Shown piece after piece: positions 14,516 to 15,476 of a stretch of 15,476 nucleotides of DNA (position 1 is the stretch's first letter; each line of letters opens with the position of its first letter). Under the pieces are notes generated by a model, which had not been told where the DNA came from, did no database searches, and worked only from the letters and a program-made list of their open reading frames with translations. The translations under genes and the position numbers were made by a program. This DNA is from Thermoplasmata archaeon (GTDB taxonomy: Archaea; Thermoplasmatota; SW-10-69-26; JACQPN01; JAJPHT01), in contig JAXDQU010000014.1 of the NCBI GenBank assembly GCA_034667685.1, positions 1 through 15,476 of the forward strand. The letters run 5' to 3'.

Positions 14516-15436
14516 TCACGCCTTCTTCAGCTTGGCTTCCAGCGCGTCGATCGTCGCGCGGAACGCCTTCGCCGTCGCGCTGCTTGAGTCCGACCAGACG
14601 TAGGGCACGCCCTTCTGCGCGCTCTGCTGCACGCTGGGCTCCAGCGGGATCGAGCCGAGGAGGTCGACGCCCTGCTTCTGCGCGAGGTCGCGCGCGCCGT
14701 TCTCGCCGAAGATCGGAGTCGGATCGCCGCAGTGCGGGCAGACGAAGGTGCCCATGTTCTCGACGATCCCGAGGACGGGCAGCTCCATGCTGCGCGCGAA
14801 CTGGAGGCTCTTGGTCACGTCGAGGATCGCGACGGCCTGTGGCGTGGTCACGAGCACGACGCCGTCGGCGTCCTTCAGCAGTTGCGCGATCGTCAACGGC
14901 TCGTCCGACGTGCCCGGCGGCAGGTCGCACACCAGCAGGTCAAGCTCGCCCCAGTCCACGTTGCCCAGGAGCTGGTGGATGACGTTCATCTTGATGGGCC
15001 CGCGCCAGATGATCGCGCTGTCCTTGCCCTGCAGGAAGAACTCCGTCGACATCACGCGAAGGAAACCCCCGCTGCCGTTGGGCGCCGTGACGTCCACGGG
15101 CTGGATGTCCTCGCTGTGGCCACCGGGCTTCGCGTGCTCCAGGTCGAGCATGATGGGCACGTTCGGGTTCGTCAGGTCGAGGTCCAGGAGGCCGACCTTC
15201 CAGCCCTGGGCCGCGAACGCCGCCGCGACGTTGACCGCCACGGTCGTCTTGCCCACGCCCCCCTTGCCCGACATCACGATGATGGTGTGCCTGATCCGCC
15301 GCAGGTTGTCCGCGATCGCCATGCGGAGGCGGAACTGCTGCGCCATCCGGTCCTGCTGGAGGTTCGCGGCCTGCGCCTGGCCGGTCGTCTGGAGCGGGAT
15401 ACCCGGGCCGCGCGCCGGCGCCGTGGGCAGGGACAT
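14516..15436 (-). CDS. mrp: Mrp/NBP35/ApbC Fe-S cluster carrier ATPase
   Basis: SGKGGVGKTT deviant Walker A, IIWRGP, DLPPGTSD, VTTPQ and ENM...CPHC motifs. Confidence 0.95.
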   Translation of the reverse strand: MSLPTAPARGPGIPLQTTGQAQAANLQQDRMAQQFRLRMAIADNLRRIRHTIIVMSGKGGVGKTTVAVNVAAAFAAQGWKVGLLDLDLTNPNVPIMLDLEHAKPGGHSEDIQPVDVTAPNGSGGFLRVMSTEFFLQGKDSAIIWRGPIKMNVIHQLLGNVDWGELDLLVCDLPPGTSDEPLTIAQLLKDADGVVLVTTPQAVAILDVTKSLQFARSMELPVLGIVENMGTFVCPHCGDPTPIFGENGARDLAQKQGVDLLGSIPLEPSVQQSAQKGVPYVWSDSSSATAKAFRATIDALEAKLKKA

Positions 15437-15476
15437 GGTCGCGCCAAGACGCGCGCCCCTCCTGAAGGTTTGCCGG

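Overview
Very GC-rich (about 70%+ by eye), gene-dense prokaryotic window, most likely archaeal. The inference rests on a split methylmalonyl-CoA mutase large subunit, a CBS-ParB/Srx fusion, an archaeosortase-like C-terminal signal, N-glycosylation sequons in exported proteins, and TATA/BRE-like motifs about 25-31 nt upstream of starts that mostly lack an SD. The proteins are not acidic, which favours a high-GC Thermoplasmatota-like lineage over haloarchaea. There are 17 complete CDSs plus one partial: membrane protein, thioredoxin, acylphosphatase, MBL hydrolase, CBS-ParB, patatin, two lipoproteins, a membrane-anchored V4R protein coupled to an NdvB/cellulose-synthase-like GT2, MCM large subunit, two paralogous surface proteins flanking panE, acyl-CoA dehydrogenase, AI-2E transporter and Mrp/ApbC. 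Highlights: (1) the V4R + processive beta-glucan-synthase-like operon; (2) four long, loop-less intergenic palindromes, two forming a heptamer-repeat family with compensatory changes and one built from GTGAAC hexamers; (3) an acyl-CoA dehydrogenase homologue lacking both known catalytic glutamates. No rRNA, tRNA, CRISPR array or transposase was recognised.
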